Under the pieces are notes generated by a model. It was not told where the DNA came from. It saw nothing but the letters and a program-made list of their open reading frames with translations, and searched no databases. Shown here piece after piece: positions 59,551 to 64,000 of a stretch of DNA of 64,000 bases (position 1 is its first letter; every line of letters starts with the position of its first letter). The stretch comes from Adineta vaga (lineage: Eukaryota > Animalia > Rotifera), in contig CP075492.1 in the NCBI GenBank assembly GCA_021613535.1, positions 5,828,001-5,892,000 of the forward strand, written 5' to 3'. Made by a program: the position numbers and the translations under genes.

Positions 59551-61239
59551 ATGATGAAACTTGAATTCTTTCCAAATGAAATTCTTCTTTTTTGTTTTGA
59601 ATATTTCAATATATTCGAGTTATTTTATACATTTGATCAATTAAATAATCGTTTTTCACAATTAATTCGTCGAATTCCCTTACAACTTAATCTTCAACAT
59701 GTACAAAAACATTTATTCGATGAATTTTGTCTTCAATTATCATTTTATCCTGAAATTAAACAACAAATTCATTCGTTATATCTTTCCAATAGAGATTCAA
59801 CTGGACAAATCGAACGTTTTCTTACTTCATTTCCCTTACAAGACTTTTCCCATCTTCAATTTTTAACATTAACTGATATTGATCAAGCAAATCATCTTCA
59901 ATTAACATCAATGTTACCATTAGCATCATCTCTCCGTTCGTTCTGTATGTCTCATACTGATTATGATCATGAAATATTGACAATTCTTCCCATGTCAAAT
60001 CTACAACAATTATCCATTCTTTCGTTTCATTCCATTCAAACACGTATCAATGATACACTTAATATAACAAAATTAACAATATTATCTTGTCTAATGGATG
60101 ATTTATTCTATCATTTATTTGATTATTTTCCTCAAATGCAATATCTTCATGTTCGATTTATTTCACCATATAATTATTTAATAGAACGAGAAATTCCATT
60201 GGAAAAATCACGAGGATTATATTTGAAACATTTAATTATCGATTTATTCAAATATGATTTTCATGATTTCGAATGTTTTGCTAAACAAATACCAAATTTA
60301 CAAACTTTATCCATTCATTCCAAAGGTAATCGTCATATGATCAATGCTTGTCTATGGGAAAACTTAATTCAAACATCATTAATTCATTTAAAAACATTTA
60401 AATTTAAATTTACTTGTGAGCATCATTATATTCGTGATCTACAAGCTTTTCAAAATGAATTCTGGTGGAAAGAACATCAATGGTATGTAGAATATTCTTC
60501 CGAAAAATATCTTGCCGAAGTTTATACAATACCATATCCATCGCGTACTATGCAAATCAATTTGAATACCAAAAGATATCCTGGAAAGATCGTATCGAAT
60601 GTCTTTGATCAAGTTAAATATGTTACATTAAATCATGAGGTTGTCAATGAAAATTGTCAGTATTATTTTTCGAAGATACATACATTAGAATTACTTCTTC
60701 ATCGATCGAATGTTCTTCAACCAATGAAAATCGAAGATTTAAGAAGAATTGTTAATTTAAATTGTTTAAAACATTTGAATATTTCTCAATATGGACGAAT
60801 GTTAACATGTGAATTTATGTTTGATTTATTGAAACAATCCGTTAATTTATCATGGATTACTATTAATCCCGAAGATTTCTTGATCTTATTGAAAGATGAT
60901 GAATTATGTCAAGATTTGAATCGAATAATTCGAAAAATGGATATCTTAAAATATGGACATCCATCATTTAAAACATCGGAAGATATGAGAAAATTTTGTG
61001 CATTTTTTTCAAATATAGAACAATTGACATGTTATGTTATGGAACCAAATGATGTATTTACTTTCTTGAATCATTTAACCAAATTATCAACAATTGATGT
61101 ATGTTTTCCAGCAACTATGAATTATGAACCATTTGTCGAATTATTTGACGAACAATCACAAAAATTCAATTATACTTATCGTGTCGAAAGTATGAATCCA
61201 ACTAAATTATCCATGTGGATTGGGAAACGAATGAAATAA
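59551..61239 (+). CDS. F-box/LRR-like protein, tandem paralog
   Basis: LEFFPNEILLFCFEYF...FDQLNNRF; colinear with the upstream copy (GQI..FL..F, FW...W..EY...YTIPY). Confidence 0.88.
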   Translation: MMKLEFFPNEILLFCFEYFNIFELFYTFDQLNNRFSQLIRRIPLQLNLQHVQKHLFDEFCLQLSFYPEIKQQIHSLYLSNRDSTGQIERFLTSFPLQDFSHLQFLTLTDIDQANHLQLTSMLPLASSLRSFCMSHTDYDHEILTILPMSNLQQLSILSFHSIQTRINDTLNITKLTILSCLMDDLFYHLFDYFPQMQYLHVRFISPYNYLIEREIPLEKSRGLYLKHLIIDLFKYDFHDFECFAKQIPNLQTLSIHSKGNRHMINACLWENLIQTSLIHLKTFKFKFTCEHHYIRDLQAFQNEFWWKEHQWYVEYSSEKYLAEVYTIPYPSRTMQINLNTKRYPGKIVSNVFDQVKYVTLNHEVVNENCQYYFSKIHTLELLLHRSNVLQPMKIEDLRRIVNLNCLKHLNISQYGRMLTCEFMFDLLKQSVNLSWITINPEDFLILLKDDELCQDLNRIIRKMDILKYGHPSFKTSEDMRKFCAFFSNIEQLTCYVMEPNDVFTFLNHLTKLSTIDVCFPATMNYEPFVELFDEQSQKFNYTYRVESMNPTKLSMWIGKRMK

Positions 61240-61523
61240 TATGAATTTTCTCTATTGTTAATAAATAAATGAGAAAATATTACTTGTATAATTTGATTTT
61301 ATCAATGACAGTTTGTTCGCTGGTTCGTACATATTTAAGATGACGTTATCGTAGAAGAAAAACACGAGTGTTGAATCGAGAATAGACAGTAGTCTGGAAG
61401 AACTGAAACTAATGCTTTTGTTTCTCATATCATTCTCTGTAATCTATTTTCGTATAAATGTATATTGTAGTTTTTATGTAAAGTCGATAAATGACAGAAT
61501 AGCAAGCAAAAATGAACTATGAT

Positions 61524-61891
61524 TTAGAAAAAAGGAAGCTTTTGATTCTGTTCGAATAAGTTCTTCCATTCGTTGTACCATATGTATCTAAAAAGGAAAC
61601 AAACAAACAAATACGTGCAGATTAGAATAAAAATGTCATATACTCTATTCAATGCATCTAATAATTGATCGATTCTCTTGACAGAGAGTTCCACTGTACT
61701 CATATATATAGTATGCGATCTTTTATCTTGCACGACGAAAACTATCACTAATAATCGATAAGTGCATACTTATAATTACAAATAAAGACAACAAAAAATA
61801 TGAATAAACTAAAACAAAATGGTCGAAGAAATGCTGCACCTTCACTTAATTTATATGCATCAAATTTCATTAATGTTATTTCAAATAACAT
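61524..61891 (-). pseudogene. Degenerate polycystin (PKD1L/PKD2-type channel) C-terminal fragment
   Basis: Minus strand reads MLFEITLMKFDAYKLSEGAAFLRPFCFSLFIFFVVFIC...stop, then ...KRIDQLLDALNRVY. This resembles the polycystin pore loop, last TM and coiled tail; no upstream domains are found. Confidence 0.5.
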
Positions 61892-62832
61892 CTACATTTT
61901 CATAACTTTCAAAACTGAAAGACCATGCGGTGATGGTAACTTAATGATTTTACGATCTGTTCGAGACTCACTATTAACTTAAATTTCATCTGCTATTATC
62001 ACAAAGATAATGTGTTGATTTGTTAAATTAACTTTTATTTCATTCAGATCAAACGATAATGCTATTGCTTCCTACATCCGTTAGATAGATTGTATTGTTA
62101 ATACTAATGAACATATTGTATATTCGAATTTCAATCCACGAAGCAATGTTCTCGCATCATCTTATATCAATGACATGATGAATAAGCAAAATAAAAATTT
62201 GCTTTATCATAATGCAAATAGAATGTTTAATATCAAAATATTTGAACACACTTTTATAATGTTAAATCTCTCCGAAGAAAATTTCTAAAAAGACATGTCC
62301 ATTTCTATAAATATCGATATAATACAAATGAATTCTTTTTAGGATAAAAAAAAGTACTCATATTTACATTCATTTATATATCATTGCTTTCACGTTTTAA
62401 CTCTCATTCTTGGTTGTGTTCATCTCTTGTGCATACGCACTAACGAGAAAACCAGATTTACGAAATGTTTGTCAACAACTGAAAAGAGTCGTCGAATTAT
62501 GATTCTAATATTCATTAGATACGAATAAAAGGATAGGGAAACAGAAACTGCATTGAAAATCTTTGAAATGATGAAAATCATAGGACCTGATTCGTACAAA
62601 TATTACGATATCTGCACGATGATTAACTTCATTGTTTCATCTTCAAGTTTTGTTCGATTAACTATCGAAAAACAAAACATTTGTTTATAACATGATTCAC
62701 CATTACAAAACTTCAATTTCACCACGTGTCAATTCGTACACCCTCGTCCTTGAGCTTCCTTCACTATACGAAGTCGCCTAACGAAAGAACAGAAAAGAAA
62801 ATTAAAATGACAATAGACGTATTCGACAGATC

Positions 62833-64000
62833 ATGACATCAACAACAAATATTCAGTTAAGGTTACTTTTCAAAGAAAAAAATTTCTCTACAATATACTT
62901 GAATATAGTAGTGATGGTACTTTCTTTGGATTGGGTCATCCAGTATTAGATATTATTACAGAAGTTTCACTTGAATTTCTACAACGGTAATATATCTAAA
63001 TTTTCAATCAACTGATGTAATTCATTTTTCTGTTTCAAAGATATGATTTACAAGTAAATAATGTTGTCTTAGCAGAAAAGGTATCCAAATACGATGATTT
63101 GTATGTTTTCTATTCTATTGATTACAGTTATATTTCTTTAACTGTTTATTTAGAATGAATGAAATTCTTTCTAACGGAAATTATAAATTGAATTATTCAT
63201 CTGGTGGTTCAACACAAAATACTTTAAAAACAATCAATGTAAAGTTAATTCTATAGTATCATAAAATGTTCATATATGTTCTTAGTGGTTACTTGGACAA
63301 GATAATCTTACGATTTGTATGGGTTGTATTGGTCAGGATGATTGTGGAAGAAAATTAGAACAACAAATGAAAAATTGTCATTATCAAAAGACTTCGATTG
63401 CACCTACAGGCGTATGTTTAATATTAATTACGGATCAAGCAAGGTAAACAGACTTCTAGTTTCTGTAAAATATAATTCACGATCTTTATATTAAGATCAA
63501 TGATTACTAATCTTGGTGCTGCAAATCATTTTACAATTGATTACTTATTTAATGCACATAATTGGTTGTCTATTGAACAAGCTAAGATCTTCTATGTACC
63601 GGTAGGCTTGTTTTGTCTTTCAAATGAACTTTGTATATAAAACATCAATGTATAGGGATATTTTATTCGAACATGTTCAGACGCAGTGCGAAAATTAGCA
63701 GAGCATAGTAAAGAAACTAGTAAACTCTTTGCTTTCAATTTATCAGCAGAATATGTTTGTCAAAAATTTGGTGAAGACGTTATCAATTTATTACCTTTTG
63801 TAGATTTTCTGTTTGGTAATGAACAGGTAGATTTATTCAATGAAAATCTCGGCATGACTTTTTATCAATTGACTCTAGGAAGCAAAATGTTTTGTTCAGC
63901 ATCATTTCAAAATCAATGTAAGTTATTCTTGAATTCCGTGGAATAGAATAGCGACTTAAATAATCATAGAAAGATGCTGATATCATCTTTATGGCGAAAG
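62833..64000 (+). CDS. ADK: Adenosine kinase (PfkB family), runs off the window end
   Basis: FGLGHPVLDI, SGGSTQNT, MGCIGQDDCG, PTGVCLILIT..RSMITNLGAANHF, FNLSA and VDFLFGNEQEA. Confidence 0.9.

Overview
AT-rich, gene-dense eukaryotic (animal) DNA with many short (~50-60 nt) GT-AG introns and the standard genetic code. The gene-family mix (intronless F-box/LRR pairs, lineage-expanded GPCR, polycystin fragment, foreign-looking genes among metazoan genes) suggests a bdelloid rotifer (inference). About 27 loci were reconstructed. Conserved animal genes: tetraspanin, TASK-type K2P channel, SPATA1, RGM-like, TCF/LEF, Shark kinase, syntrophin, meckelin/TMEM67, Drp1, SAM methyltransferase, CAP-Gly protein, HDAC1, CAML/Get2-like and adenosine kinase. 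Interleaved horizontal-transfer candidates: bacterial-style Kelch, microbial-type PARG, DUF616 glycosyltransferase-like, a fungal/actinobacterial-type secreted pair and a triplet of Cys-rich peptides. Best leads: an intact ectodomain-less meckelin paralog with its own X-box, an operon-like methyltransferase/CAP-Gly junction, a TASK channel with a non-canonical first pore loop, and a repeat-rich hydrophilin candidate. No rRNA, tRNA, CRISPR array or intact transposon was seen. Family calls come from motif recognition, not database searches, and spliced boundaries were read by eye.
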